Below are positions 30,179-38,921 of a stretch of 56,124 nucleotides of DNA, in pieces (position 1 is the stretch's first letter; each line of letters starts with the position of its first letter). Under the pieces are notes generated by a model that did not search any database, had not been told where the DNA came from, and was given only the letters and a program-made list of their open reading frames with translations. The translations under genes and the position numbers were made by a program. Source of the DNA: a virus (taxonomy: Duplodnaviria; Caudoviricetes); IMG/VR virus record IMGVR_UViG_3300047478_000286, positions 1 through 56,124 of that record. One strand, given 5' to 3'.

Positions 30179-31043
30179 CGTTTTGGAAATGCTAGACAAT
30201 GTATTGGAATTTTTTATCACCAACGCCCCAGACACTATAGCAACCGCAAAGTATTCCGCATATAGGGAAAGGTCTGTTGGAATTGGGGCGTTGGGGTTTC
30301 ATGCTTTGTTGCAACAAAAAAGCATACCATTCGAAAGTGCTTTAGCCAAAAGCATTAATATGAAAATTTTCAAACACATACAGGCAAGCTTAGATGCTGC
30401 GAACCTTGCGTTAGCTGAAATTCGCGGTAGCTGCCCGGACGCGGAAGATTATGGCGTTAAAAAACGAAACACCCACACAATGGCAATAGCACCAAATGCG
30501 TCAACCTCAATTGTTATGGGGAACACAAGCCCAAGCATTGAGCCATTCGCAGCAAACTTTTATCGCCAAGATACAACTTCCGGAACTCACTTCAACAAAA
30601 ACAAATACCTAGAAGCGATAATTCTTGATAGGTCAAAGGATGAAAAAGAAGGGTTTTATGAAGAGATATGGTCTTCAATCGTCGCACATGAAGGTTCGGT
30701 GCAGCATATCGAATGGCTAGATGATTGGCAAAAAGATGTTTTCAAAACCGCAATGGAGATAGACCAGCGTTGGATTATTGACTTGGCGGCAGACAGGCAG
30801 CAGTTTGTAGACCAGTCTCAAAGTTTGAACATTTTCTTTGAGCCCGATTCAAGCGTTCAATATATACATGCGGTTCACTTTATGGCATGGGCGCGTGGGG
30901 TGAAGTCGCTGTATTATTGCCGCAGCAAGAAGTTGAGAAAAGGAACTGACAAGGTTGGTTTGAAAGTTAAAAGAATGAAAATCGAAGATGAAATTAACAT
31001 GGCAGAAATCGCACAAGGCGGTGGATGTTTGGCTTGCGAATAG
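30171..31043 (+). CDS. nrdA: Class I ribonucleotide reductase alpha, C-terminal part (different frame)
   Basis: RSVGIG, AIAPNASTS, DQSQS.N, KSLYY, terminal CLACE; ATG overlaps upstream TGA. Confidence 0.85.
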   Translation: MPDVLEMLDNVLEFFITNAPDTIATAKYSAYRERSVGIGALGFHALLQQKSIPFESALAKSINMKIFKHIQASLDAANLALAEIRGSCPDAEDYGVKKRNTHTMAIAPNASTSIVMGNTSPSIEPFAANFYRQDTTSGTHFNKNKYLEAIILDRSKDEKEGFYEEIWSSIVAHEGSVQHIEWLDDWQKDVFKTAMEIDQRWIIDLAADRQQFVDQSQSLNIFFEPDSSVQYIHAVHFMAWARGVKSLYYCRSKKLRKGTDKVGLKVKRMKIEDEINMAEIAQGGGCLACE

Positions 31044-31051
31044 GTGGGAAA

Positions 31052-32023
31052 ATGAAAAAGATAAAACTAACACATGAAAGACCATACTTTAAACCGTTTG
31101 CATACCCCTGGGCATACGATGCGTTTCTTAAGTCTGAGCAGATGCACTGGCTGTTCACAGAAGTTCCATTGGCAGAAGATGTAAATGACTGGAAAAATAA
31201 GCTAAACCAAGAAGAGCAAAGGTTTCTAACGCACTTATTTAGATTTTTCACCCAGGCTGACTTGGATGTTGCCGGTGCTTACGTTAAGAATTACCTACCT
31301 AACTTTCCGCAACCGGAAGTTAGGATGATGTTGAGCAGCTTTGCTGCGAGAGAGGCGGTGCATGTTGGGGCATACAGCCATCTTATTGAAACTTTAGGTT
31401 TGCCAGAGACGACTTATAATGAATTCTGGCAGTATAAAGAAATGCAAGCCAAGCACGATTATTTCCTTGAGTTTTATGGGCAAGACAGGATGACTATGGC
31501 GCAGCAAATAGCCGTCTTCTCGGCTTTCACGGAAGGTATGCAGCTTTTTAGTAGTTTCGTTATGCTTTTGAATTTCACAAGATTCGGCAAGATGAAAGGA
31601 ATGGGGCAGATAGTTAGCTGGTCTATTCTTGACGAGAACCATCATTGCGATTCGATGATTCAGCTATTCAGAACCTTTGTGAGAGAAAATGTAGAAATAT
31701 GGAATGATGAACTGAAGGCGGAGTTGTATGGTGCAGCTAGAAAAATGGTAGAGCTGGAAGACGCTTTTATTGACTTAGCTTACGGCGTATCAGAAATGGA
31801 AGGGCTGGCAAAAGAAGATGTGAAGTTGTATATCCGCTATATAGCTGACCGTAGGCTGATTACTATGGGGCTTAAAGGTAATTACAAAATAAAACAAAAC
31901 CCGCTACCCTGGGTGGAGCAAATGCTGGGCGTGACACATGGCAACTTCTTCGAGCAGCGAGTTACAGAATACTCGAAAGGGGCGCTCACAGGCAGTTGGC
32001 AAGATGTCTGGGCGGCAAAATAA
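31052..32023 (+). CDS. nrdB: Ribonucleotide reductase beta subunit
   Basis: FFTQAD, REAVH..AYS, EGMQLFSSF, DENHH, NFFE.RVTEY. Confidence 0.93.
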   Translation: MKKIKLTHERPYFKPFAYPWAYDAFLKSEQMHWLFTEVPLAEDVNDWKNKLNQEEQRFLTHLFRFFTQADLDVAGAYVKNYLPNFPQPEVRMMLSSFAAREAVHVGAYSHLIETLGLPETTYNEFWQYKEMQAKHDYFLEFYGQDRMTMAQQIAVFSAFTEGMQLFSSFVMLLNFTRFGKMKGMGQIVSWSILDENHHCDSMIQLFRTFVRENVEIWNDELKAELYGAARKMVELEDAFIDLAYGVSEMEGLAKEDVKLYIRYIADRRLITMGLKGNYKIKQNPLPWVEQMLGVTHGNFFEQRVTEYSKGALTGSWQDVWAAK

Positions 32024-32038
32024 GTAATAAAATACTTA
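32021..32038. promoter_or_regulatory. 18-bp palindromic operator-like site
   Basis: TAAGTAATAAAATACTTA, begins at the nrdB stop. Confidence 0.75.
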
Positions 32039-32046
32039 TAGTAACG

Positions 32047-32072
32047 AAAAGGGGTTTAAAACACCCCTTTTT
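32047..32072 (+). terminator. Rho-independent terminator
   Basis: AAAAGGGGT/ACCCCTTTTT. Confidence 0.75.
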
Positions 32073-32143
32073 ATTGCCTGATTAACCGCAACTCTGCTTA
32101 TACAATAAGCATGTCAAAACAACAAACACAAAAAGAGCTTAAG

Positions 32144-32476
32144 ATGAAAAAATTATTATTAACAATGACGATTTCCGCTTGTTCGTTCACTGTAACAGCG
32201 GATGAGGGGTATAAAATGTTTAAAAACCCAAACCACATTGCCTGTTTAGAAGAAAAGCATTTACAAATGGCGATGCAGTTTGGCGGCGCTCACGAAATAG
32301 CCGGGGTAAAAAGTTTAATTGATATGCAATTGTGCTTCCCGCTGCCGGTCAACGAAAGAGTGGCCTACAAAGAGCTAGAGCGTGGTGAAGTTATTTCAAA
32401 AATAATGATAGCTCTGTCAGGGCCTGAGAGAGTTGTTGAGGTTCCAGCTTACGCATTAACAGACGCAATAAGATAA
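32144..32476 (+). CDS. Secreted hypothetical protein (paralog A)
   Basis: MKKLLL signal peptide; HEIAGVKSLI.MQLCF. Confidence 0.75.
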   Translation: MKKLLLTMTISACSFTVTADEGYKMFKNPNHIACLEEKHLQMAMQFGGAHEIAGVKSLIDMQLCFPLPVNERVAYKELERGEVISKIMIALSGPERVVEVPAYALTDAIR

Positions 32477-32494
32477 AACACAAAAGAGCTTAAG

Positions 32495-32827
32495 GTGAAA
32501 AAATTATTATTAGCAATTGCACTTTCAGCGCCTATAGCTGCAACAGCTAGCGGTAAAGGAAAGATGTTTGAAGAACCCTATAACATAGGGTGCGTTAACA
32601 AAGCTTCTTTGGAAATGGCATTGAAATTTAGAGGTTCTCACGAAATAGCTGGGGTAAAAAGTTTAATTAATATGCAACTATGTTTTGAGCTTGCCATTCA
32701 TGAAAGCGTCACTTATGAGGCGCTGGAGCGAGGGGAAGGTATTTCAAAAATACAAATATCACTACAAAGAGAACTTGCTCCACCAATTACAACTACAGCT
32801 TATGTAATCAACCAGGCAATAAGGTAA
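32495..32827 (+). CDS. Secreted hypothetical protein (paralog B)
   Basis: GTG start, signal peptide, same motif. Confidence 0.75.
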   Translation: MKKLLLAIALSAPIAATASGKGKMFEEPYNIGCVNKASLEMALKFRGSHEIAGVKSLINMQLCFELAIHESVTYEALERGEGISKIQISLQRELAPPITTTAYVINQAIR

Positions 32828-32831
32828 AAAC

Positions 32832-33014
32832 ATGGATATAAATCAATTTTTAACATGGTTTTTTGAAGACCACAACTTTTTAGCAGCAGTTTTGCTGCCT
32901 TTTTGGACGATGCTTTATAGCGCATGGAAAGGCTACGCATTGCAAGCGGCCCTTTGTTTTGTGATTTGGATATTCTGGACAATTGGCAGTATTACAAAAA
33001 AATCATCACATTGA
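32832..33014 (+). CDS. Small membrane protein
   Basis: Two hydrophobic segments. Confidence 0.55.
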   Translation: MDINQFLTWFFEDHNFLAAVLLPFWTMLYSAWKGYALQAALCFVIWIFWTIGSITKKSSH

Positions 33015-33021
33015 GGCGCAA

Positions 33022-33306
33022 ATGAACTTAATAAGCTGTGACAATTGCGCAACCGTATATGATGCAGAAAAGCTATTGTGGCCTGAAGATTTGTTCGATG
33101 ATAGCGGCTCTGTTGTTGATTTAACAAAAGCGGCTTGGGACGGCGACAGGCACGTTGCAAAATTATCATGCTCACATTGCGGAGAGGATATTCTCAAACC
33201 AACAAAACCTATACCAAAATGTTGCGTTTGTGGCACGACTGAAAACTTAACAAAAGACGGTTGGCATGGCTATCGCTGCGCCAGCGCAGACTGCGTTATG
33301 TTTTAG
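33022..33306 (+). CDS. Cys-rich Zn-binding protein
   Basis: CDNC, CSHC, CCVC; GAGG RBS. Confidence 0.65.
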   Translation: MNLISCDNCATVYDAEKLLWPEDLFDDSGSVVDLTKAAWDGDRHVAKLSCSHCGEDILKPTKPIPKCCVCGTTENLTKDGWHGYRCASADCVMF

Positions 33307-33307
33307 A

Positions 33308-33325
33308 TAAGTAACGATTTATTTA
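33308..33325. promoter_or_regulatory. 18-bp operator-like site (one mismatch)
   Basis: TAAGTAACGATTTATTTA. Confidence 0.55.
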
Positions 33326-33344
33326 CAAACCATAGGAAAACAAA

Positions 33345-33731
33345 ATGAAGAAATTAATATTGGCAGTATTGTTAGCAACAACATTAGCAAACGCTAACGC
33401 GGCATGTGTTCGGGCCGATTTAACCGGCAGATGGGTTATGTTTACCGACGACTCAGCAATGCAAGGTTTTGCAATCACAAGATGCGTTGTGACATTTCCG
33501 GCAACTGGAAGCGTTAGCACAGCCGCAACTTGCACCCCAGTAGGTTACCCAGCCAAAAGCGCCACAGTGACTATGGCAATTACATCAGCTTGCGATGTAT
33601 CAGGCAGGTTGGCAATAAGCACTTTGGGCACTACCAGCTTTATAGCTGCATTAAATTCCAGCAAGAATGTTATGAGCGGCGGTTGGTATTATTCCAAAGA
33701 GCTGGGCGGCTCATTTTCAGGCACTAAATAA
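33345..33731 (+). CDS. Secreted beta-rich protein
   Basis: Signal peptide ending ANA; ADLTGRW motif. Confidence 0.75.
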   Translation: MKKLILAVLLATTLANANAACVRADLTGRWVMFTDDSAMQGFAITRCVVTFPATGSVSTAATCTPVGYPAKSATVTMAITSACDVSGRLAISTLGTTSFIAALNSSKNVMSGGWYYSKELGGSFSGTK

Positions 33732-33740
33732 GGGGTAATT

Positions 33741-34133
33741 ATGAAAAAGTTATTATTAGCGGTAGTGGTTAGCTTACTTTCTGGTTGCGCTACGATGTAT
33801 CAAGGCTCAACGCAAGAAGTCACGGTTCTAACCAGGAACGACAACAGCCCAAACATCACTCAGTGCAAGCTTATTAACGAAGAGGGTCATTGGGAGACAA
33901 GAGCCAACTCTACTGTGAGAATTCACAGAGATGGTAATGAAATGCAGGTGCTTTGCAGTAACGAAGCTCAAGCTGGCGAGGCACATGTGAGCCCTGAGTT
34001 TTCGGGCGGGTATGTGTTTTTGGATTTTTTGTTGGATTTCGGTATAGTTTCCGGCACGATTGATGGTTTGAACAACGCTTTCTATAACTACCAATCCAGT
34101 ATTGACGTAAACATGGGGAAAAGAGGTAGATAA
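33741..34133 (+). CDS. Lipoprotein
   Basis: Lipobox LLSGC. Confidence 0.8.
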   Translation: MKKLLLAVVVSLLSGCATMYQGSTQEVTVLTRNDNSPNITQCKLINEEGHWETRANSTVRIHRDGNEMQVLCSNEAQAGEAHVSPEFSGGYVFLDFLLDFGIVSGTIDGLNNAFYNYQSSIDVNMGKRGR

Positions 34134-34134
34134 A

Positions 34135-34494
34135 ATGTCAGAAAATAGAAATTTTGGTTCATTAAATCAGCAAGAAAAGTTAGACCTATGTGCACCAATT
34201 ATGGATTCGCTGGCGCGCATTAATAGGCGTGTCGATGATTGGGTAGTTACTGATGTAGACATTCCTGGGTTTGGCTCCAATTGGCGGATTAATTATGATG
34301 CCCCAGTTATTTTCAAACGAAGCGTGGCGCAAAATGCGATGCTAGGCGCAAATAAAGAAGAAAGCCTCACAGGTGAAGAAAAGAGCCTAAACTCAATGCC
34401 TGAGATTTTGGGTCTATCGAAGCAAGACAGGCAGTTAATGTTGCTAACGGAGATATTAACAGAGTTGCGGGAGATAAAGTCAAAAATTCAATAG
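34135..34494 (+). CDS. Hypothetical protein
   Basis: GAGG RBS, 119 aa. Confidence 0.7.
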   Translation: MSENRNFGSLNQQEKLDLCAPIMDSLARINRRVDDWVVTDVDIPGFGSNWRINYDAPVIFKRSVAQNAMLGANKEESLTGEEKSLNSMPEILGLSKQDRQLMLLTEILTELREIKSKIQ

Positions 34495-34501
34495 CCCATT
34501 T

Positions 34502-34523
34502 AGGGGCGCAAGCCCCTTTTTTT
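34502..34523 (+). terminator. Rho-independent terminator
   Basis: AGGGGC-GCAA-GCCCCT plus T run. Confidence 0.85.
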
Positions 34524-34591
34524 AGCCATAAACACCTCTAATTCGCAATTAAAATATACACACTAACAAAACAAATAACGAGTGACTAAAA

Positions 34592-34888
34592 ATGGCAACA
34601 ATTACAATACCAAGTTCAGTGGCAATGAAAAGTCCACTAACAAATAAAGCTTTAAAAAATGTTGGTTTGCTTTTAATTGTTACGTTAACACAACCGGCAT
34701 TTGCGAAAGAAGAACATAAACCATTGCCATACCCGTTAAATGTTGACGCTATGGTTAACGGGGGTTGTTATTCAGAGCAACAAATAGGAATTGGTGTTTT
34801 CAACGAAAGTTGTAGTGCAGACCTTGAATGTTATCCAATTAACAGCGCCAGCTATAAACTCAAGTTGAGAGAAAAAAGGAAAAAATAA
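34592..34888 (+). CDS. Hypothetical exported protein
   Basis: Hydrophobic segment ending AFA. Confidence 0.6.
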   Translation: MATITIPSSVAMKSPLTNKALKNVGLLLIVTLTQPAFAKEEHKPLPYPLNVDAMVNGGCYSEQQIGIGVFNESCSADLECYPINSASYKLKLREKRKK

Positions 34889-34934
34889 ATAATTATTAAT
34901 TTAAAATTTTATAACAATTAACTAAGGTGAAAAT

Positions 34935-35180
34935 ATGAATAGTGAAAAAAGAGATTGTTTGAATTTCGCGTTTGGGCTTTTTATAGGCTTTTCGTTAACA
35001 GTGGTAGTGTTGTTGACGATACATGTGTTTTCAGATAAACGGGCTCACCAAGAGCCAAAAATTCATCACAAAACAATGTGCATTAACGGTTGGAAATACG
35101 CTTATGACGGCGAATATTTAGCGCCCATTTTGTCACACGAATGGCGTGGATTTATACCATGTGTGGAGTCCGATATATGA
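34935..35180 (+). CDS. Small membrane-anchored protein (paralog 1)
   Basis: TM + C..G..YAYD...PI..C. Confidence 0.65.
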   Translation: MNSEKRDCLNFAFGLFIGFSLTVVVLLTIHVFSDKRAHQEPKIHHKTMCINGWKYAYDGEYLAPILSHEWRGFIPCVESDI

Positions 35181-35401
35181 AACGTTGGCAAGAAAAATTA
35201 TTAGACGTGTGTTTGATTGTTTCCGTAATAGCGCTTATTGGTTTGCTTGTATTTACCGTAACCAAAATAACACCACATGTCGAACAAGAACAGCAAGAGC
35301 CACACATGACATGCTTTGGTGGGCGTGTTTATGCCTATGACGAAGGGCACACAATACCCATTTACAACAGTGAAGGTAAATCTGTTAAGTGCCCCAGGTA
35401 A
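35177..35401 (+). CDS. Small membrane-anchored protein (paralog 2)
   Basis: ATGA overlap, GGAG RBS, same motif. Confidence 0.65.
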   Translation: MKRWQEKLLDVCLIVSVIALIGLLVFTVTKITPHVEQEQQEPHMTCFGGRVYAYDEGHTIPIYNSEGKSVKCPR

Positions 35402-35558
35402 AAAATACCCATGCGACTAATTAATACAACCGGAGATTTCTCAGTATACTTTAGCTGTGAATTGCAAGAATACTTTGTTTATAAAGCAGAAAAGCTTTTA
35501 AGGCTAAATGTTTACAACTTTTCAATTGCAAAAAACTATCTTACTTGAGGTTATTATT

Positions 35559-35870
35559 ATGAAAAAATTACTTACGATTTTATTATTAACGGCATCTTTC
35601 GGCGGTTACGCGAGTCCGATTATGCAAGGCGGTCAAGCGTTAAGACCGCAAACGCATAACCCTTCAACAACCTACTATTTAAAAAAGTTGCATAGGGCGA
35701 ATAATCAGCAAGCAAAGGCAAAAGTTCCAGACGGGTGCTGGATAGCTTACAATAACGCGCAAATAACAAACCGAGTTAAAGCAAAGGTAGGTCGGCCAAC
35801 TATATTATCTGACGACATACTATACGCTATACTATACGGCATCGGATACACGCCATTTGCTTGCCAGTAA
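35559..35870 (+). CDS. Secreted hypothetical protein
   Basis: GAGG RBS, MKKLLTILLL signal peptide. Confidence 0.65.
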   Translation: MKKLLTILLLTASFGGYASPIMQGGQALRPQTHNPSTTYYLKKLHRANNQQAKAKVPDGCWIAYNNAQITNRVKAKVGRPTILSDDILYAILYGIGYTPFACQ

Positions 35871-35898
35871 GTTAAAAAATCACATTCGGAGTGCTAAG

Positions 35899-36384
35899 AT
35901 GAAGGTTATAAAGCTGTTTGTTTTAATAATGGTGTGGCTTATTAGTTTGATTTTCTTTGCGAGCTTTGTTAAATCCGCTTTCCCAGAAAGCCCAATGATT
36001 TATTTTACTGTTGGGATTGTTGCTTGTGTTGTTTGGACTTCGCCTGTTTACTTTTGGTGCTTAAGCTCAGAAAATCAATCGGCGCACTATGCAGCTAAGG
36101 CAAAAAAGGGTTTAATTGTATTAATTACAATCTTTGTTGCTTTAATTGGGTGGCTGCTTTTTTTAATTGGATGGCTGTTTGGTTTGATTTTTATTCTTAT
36201 CTTGGCTGGACACGTTGCAAATGAAGACCCAAGCACCGCTGGCTTTTTGGGTGTTTTTGCGCTTTGTGTGTATACCCCAATATACTTTGAATATTTCCTC
36301 GGTGATTCAGAAGAAAGAGGAGACCATAGCGCAGAATTTAAGGGAAAGACGCTGGAAAATCGCAGGGCAAAAGAATGGCGTTAG
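35899..36384 (+). CDS. Multi-pass membrane protein
   Basis: 4-5 hydrophobic helices; GGAG RBS. Confidence 0.7.
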   Translation: MKVIKLFVLIMVWLISLIFFASFVKSAFPESPMIYFTVGIVACVVWTSPVYFWCLSSENQSAHYAAKAKKGLIVLITIFVALIGWLLFLIGWLFGLIFILILAGHVANEDPSTAGFLGVFALCVYTPIYFEYFLGDSEERGDHSAEFKGKTLENRRAKEWR

Positions 36385-36401
36385 TCGCTTTAGCCGCAAA
36401 G

Positions 36402-36419
36402 TAAGTAATTAAAGACTTA
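36402..36419. promoter_or_regulatory. 18-bp operator-like site overlapping TATAAT
   Basis: TAAGTAATTAAAGACTTA, identical to the 37511 copy. Confidence 0.8.
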
Positions 36420-36451
36420 TAATACTAACAAATCAACACATTGGAGCACAC

Positions 36452-36590
36452 ATGAGCACAGAAAGAGTTTTCTACCCATTTCCAAGTATCGGGCAATTCC
36501 GTAATGTCTGTAAAGATGCGCCGAAAAAAAGAAGTTGGGAAGCATGTTTCCGGCCCAGCTAAACAATGGTTCTTACAACAAGAGGTATAA
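36452..36590 (+). pseudogene. Collapsed remnant of a putative Rnl2-like RNA ligase gene
   Basis: GGAG RBS + MSTERVFYPFPSIGQFRNVCK, joined out of frame to KKEVGKHVSGPAKQWFLQQEV*; resembles the termini of phage RNA ligases (from recall). Confidence 0.45.
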
Positions 36591-36592
36591 AA

Positions 36593-36817
36593 ATGAATAT
36601 CGCAGAATTGATTCAAGAGTTACAACAATTCGACCCAGAGCTTGAAGTGGCAATATTGGACGGTCTTAACGGGGCTGGTGTTCCACGCACAATAAACTTG
36701 GGCCCGGTATTATTTGACGGCGAAGCTAAATACGAAGGCGACGAGAACGCGGAATATAAAGACATCGACACGGAGCCAGGTAACCCAATTGTAATTATGG
36801 GTTACGGTTTTTATTAA
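36593..36817 (+). CDS. Hypothetical protein
   Basis: MNIAELIQELQQFDPELEV, a common phage N-terminal pattern. Confidence 0.7.
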   Translation: MNIAELIQELQQFDPELEVAILDGLNGAGVPRTINLGPVLFDGEAKYEGDENAEYKDIDTEPGNPIVIMGYGFY

Positions 36818-36821
36818 GCGC

Positions 36822-37016
36822 ATGGGCAACTTGACGCTACCTGAGCGCAGATACGCAATTTTTGTTAGCGCAACCACTTTCAAAGAGTATGCGATTGTGG
36901 TTTCCGGCAAGGATATGGAAACAGCCCCTAAATGGGGTGGCTTTGTAAGATGGCTGGGTGGAATTAGACCAGCAATAAATTACAAACTAAATGGTAAAAT
37001 ATACAACAAGTTATGA
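36822..37016 (+). CDS. Hypothetical protein
   Basis: 64 aa, ATGA-type coupling. Confidence 0.5.
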   Translation: MGNLTLPERRYAIFVSATTFKEYAIVVSGKDMETAPKWGGFVRWLGGIRPAINYKLNGKIYNKL

Positions 37017-37510
37017 ATAAAGTTTACCTGATAGCAGACCTGCATCTAGGGCACAAAAAAGTTATCGAATTTGAAAGTGCAGCTAGACCTTTTAAAACAA
37101 TCGAAGAACATGACAATTGCCTAATTGAACGTTGGAATTCAGTTGTTGATAAGCGAGACACGGTTTGGGTGTTGGGTGACTTACTGTTCGGCAGAGATTC
37201 ATTCGAAAAGCTAAAACAACTTAAGGGTGTGAAAAAGCTAATACTAGGTAATCATGACGTGTATCCAACCGAGCTTTATTTAGAGCACTTTAGTAAAATC
37301 CAAAGCTCGGTGAAGTTAGATAAATGCCTATTAACACACATACCAATACACCCAACACAGTTCAGGCCAGGTATTGAATACAATATACATGGGCACATGC
37401 ACAGTAGAGTGTTAAAAGACCCGCGTTATTTTTGTGTTTCTGCCGAGCAAGTAAATCTAACGCCGGTGCCTTTTCATCAACTTGTTAATTTTTTACATTC
37501 CACCGCTTAG
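37013..37510 (+). CDS. Calcineurin-like metallophosphoesterase
   Basis: ADLHLGH, LGD, GNHD, THIP, NIHGHMH. Confidence 0.9.
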   Translation: MNKVYLIADLHLGHKKVIEFESAARPFKTIEEHDNCLIERWNSVVDKRDTVWVLGDLLFGRDSFEKLKQLKGVKKLILGNHDVYPTELYLEHFSKIQSSVKLDKCLLTHIPIHPTQFRPGIEYNIHGHMHSRVLKDPRYFCVSAEQVNLTPVPFHQLVNFLHSTA

Positions 37511-37528
37511 TAAGTAATTAAAGACTTA
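37511..37528. promoter_or_regulatory. 18-bp operator-like site overlapping TATAAT
   Basis: TAAGTAATTAAAGACTTA. Confidence 0.8.
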
Positions 37529-37574
37529 TAATAAACGCAGTTAAAACAAAACAATAAAACCAAAGGAAATAAAA

Positions 37575-37847
37575 ATGAAACCAATCCCAGTTGAAACCGA
37601 GTCAGAAGATACAAAGTTAGTTACCGCTTACGTGTCAAAAGATGGCAAGTTGTGGCTCGAAAAGAGCGAAAGAGATGCGTGTAACAGGGCTTTATGTGTA
37701 GTAGAACTCACCAAACATGTAGGAAGCTACTTAATAAAAAATGACGAAGATGAATATGGTGGCGCAATTGCAACTGATAGAGATGTTGCGGATTACATCG
37801 CCAAATACTTCGGCACAATACAAGAAATTGTAAATCGGGTTAAATAA
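37575..37847 (+). CDS. Hypothetical protein
   Basis: AAGGA RBS, 90 aa. Confidence 0.7.
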   Translation: MKPIPVETESEDTKLVTAYVSKDGKLWLEKSERDACNRALCVVELTKHVGSYLIKNDEDEYGGAIATDRDVADYIAKYFGTIQEIVNRVK

Positions 37848-37873
37848 GCGAATTAAACAAAAAGGAATAACAA

Positions 37874-38773
37874 ATGGTAAAATTCAAAGAAACAGTCCCG
37901 ATGCACCAATATTACAACCTCTTGGTTGATGTGCTACATCGCGGCACAAAAATGATGGACAGAACTGGAACGGGTTGTATCGAGAAATTCGGCGCACAAA
38001 TCCGATTCGATTTACAAGAAGGATTCCCGCTTGTTGCCGGTAAGTCAGTGCCTTTTAAGTTAGTTGCCTCAGAGTTGTTGTGGTTTTTGTCAGGCTCGAC
38101 AAACAATAATGACTTAAAAAAGCTAAACAAAAACTCTATGCCAACAATTTGGGAAGAATGGCAACTTCCAGACGGAAACTTAGGTCCAATCTACGGCAAA
38201 CAATGGCGCAATTGGGGCGGTGGCGAGTGTGAATGCAATGAACCTGTAGACCAAATCAAAACACTGGTGCGTGGGCTGCAAAACAACCCATTTTCACGCA
38301 GACACGTTATTAGTGCCTGGAACGTTTCAGACTTACCTGAAGAAAAGTTTAATCCACAATTAAACGTCCAACACGAAAGAATGGCTTTAGCGCCTTGCCA
38401 TATTCTTTCGCAATATAACGTTTCTGAATATGATGGTGTTAAATTTTTAAACTGCCACATGTATCAACGTTCAGCAGACCTTTTCTTGGGCGTTCCTTTC
38501 AACATTGCAAGTTACGCTTTGTTAACACACATGTTGGCGCACGTTTGCGATATGCAAGTTGGTGACTTAATTATTAGCTTTGGGTCAGCGCATATTTACA
38601 GCAATCATATTAACCAGGTTAAAGAGCTTCTAAGTCGTGACCTTGCTGCGCTTACATTTCCAAAAGTGTTTTTACGTGAAGGCGTAGAAGACATAGACGA
38701 CTTTAAAGTGTCGGACATTAATCTTTTTGGTTACAGCTCCTTTTCAACAATTAAAGCAGAGGTTGCGATTTAA
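37874..38773 (+). CDS. thyA: Thymidylate synthase
   Basis: DRTGTG, ELLWFL.G, LGPIYG.QWR, MALAPCH, YQRSAD..LGVPFN.ASY, HIY.NH. Confidence 0.96.
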   Translation: MVKFKETVPMHQYYNLLVDVLHRGTKMMDRTGTGCIEKFGAQIRFDLQEGFPLVAGKSVPFKLVASELLWFLSGSTNNNDLKKLNKNSMPTIWEEWQLPDGNLGPIYGKQWRNWGGGECECNEPVDQIKTLVRGLQNNPFSRRHVISAWNVSDLPEEKFNPQLNVQHERMALAPCHILSQYNVSEYDGVKFLNCHMYQRSADLFLGVPFNIASYALLTHMLAHVCDMQVGDLIISFGSAHIYSNHINQVKELLSRDLAALTFPKVFLREGVEDIDDFKVSDINLFGYSSFSTIKAEVAI

Positions 38774-38774
38774 C

Positions 38775-38921
38775 ATGACACCGACAATTATTATAAAATT
38801 GATTCTGGCTTTTATAGGTTATTGCGTAGCTTTTTGGTTTATAGCTGACGTATTTAGTTATAAATTAATTTGGGCTTATGTATTTTGGCAAATAGCAGAG
38901 CGGCTAATGGAGATAAAATGA
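38775..38921 (+). CDS. Small membrane protein between thyA and folA
   Basis: 48 aa, hydrophobic, fills the gap with an ATGA overlap. Confidence 0.5.
   Translation: MTPTIIIKLILAFIGYCVAFWFIADVFSYKLIWAYVFWQIAERLMEIK

Noticed and set aside
30167-36520. Same AAAGATGC at the nrdA break and the RNA-ligase remnant junction, as a targeted cut site
   Set aside because: The 8-mer also occurs in intact genes (for example near 9729, 10992, 30045, 50400); two cases are compatible with chance
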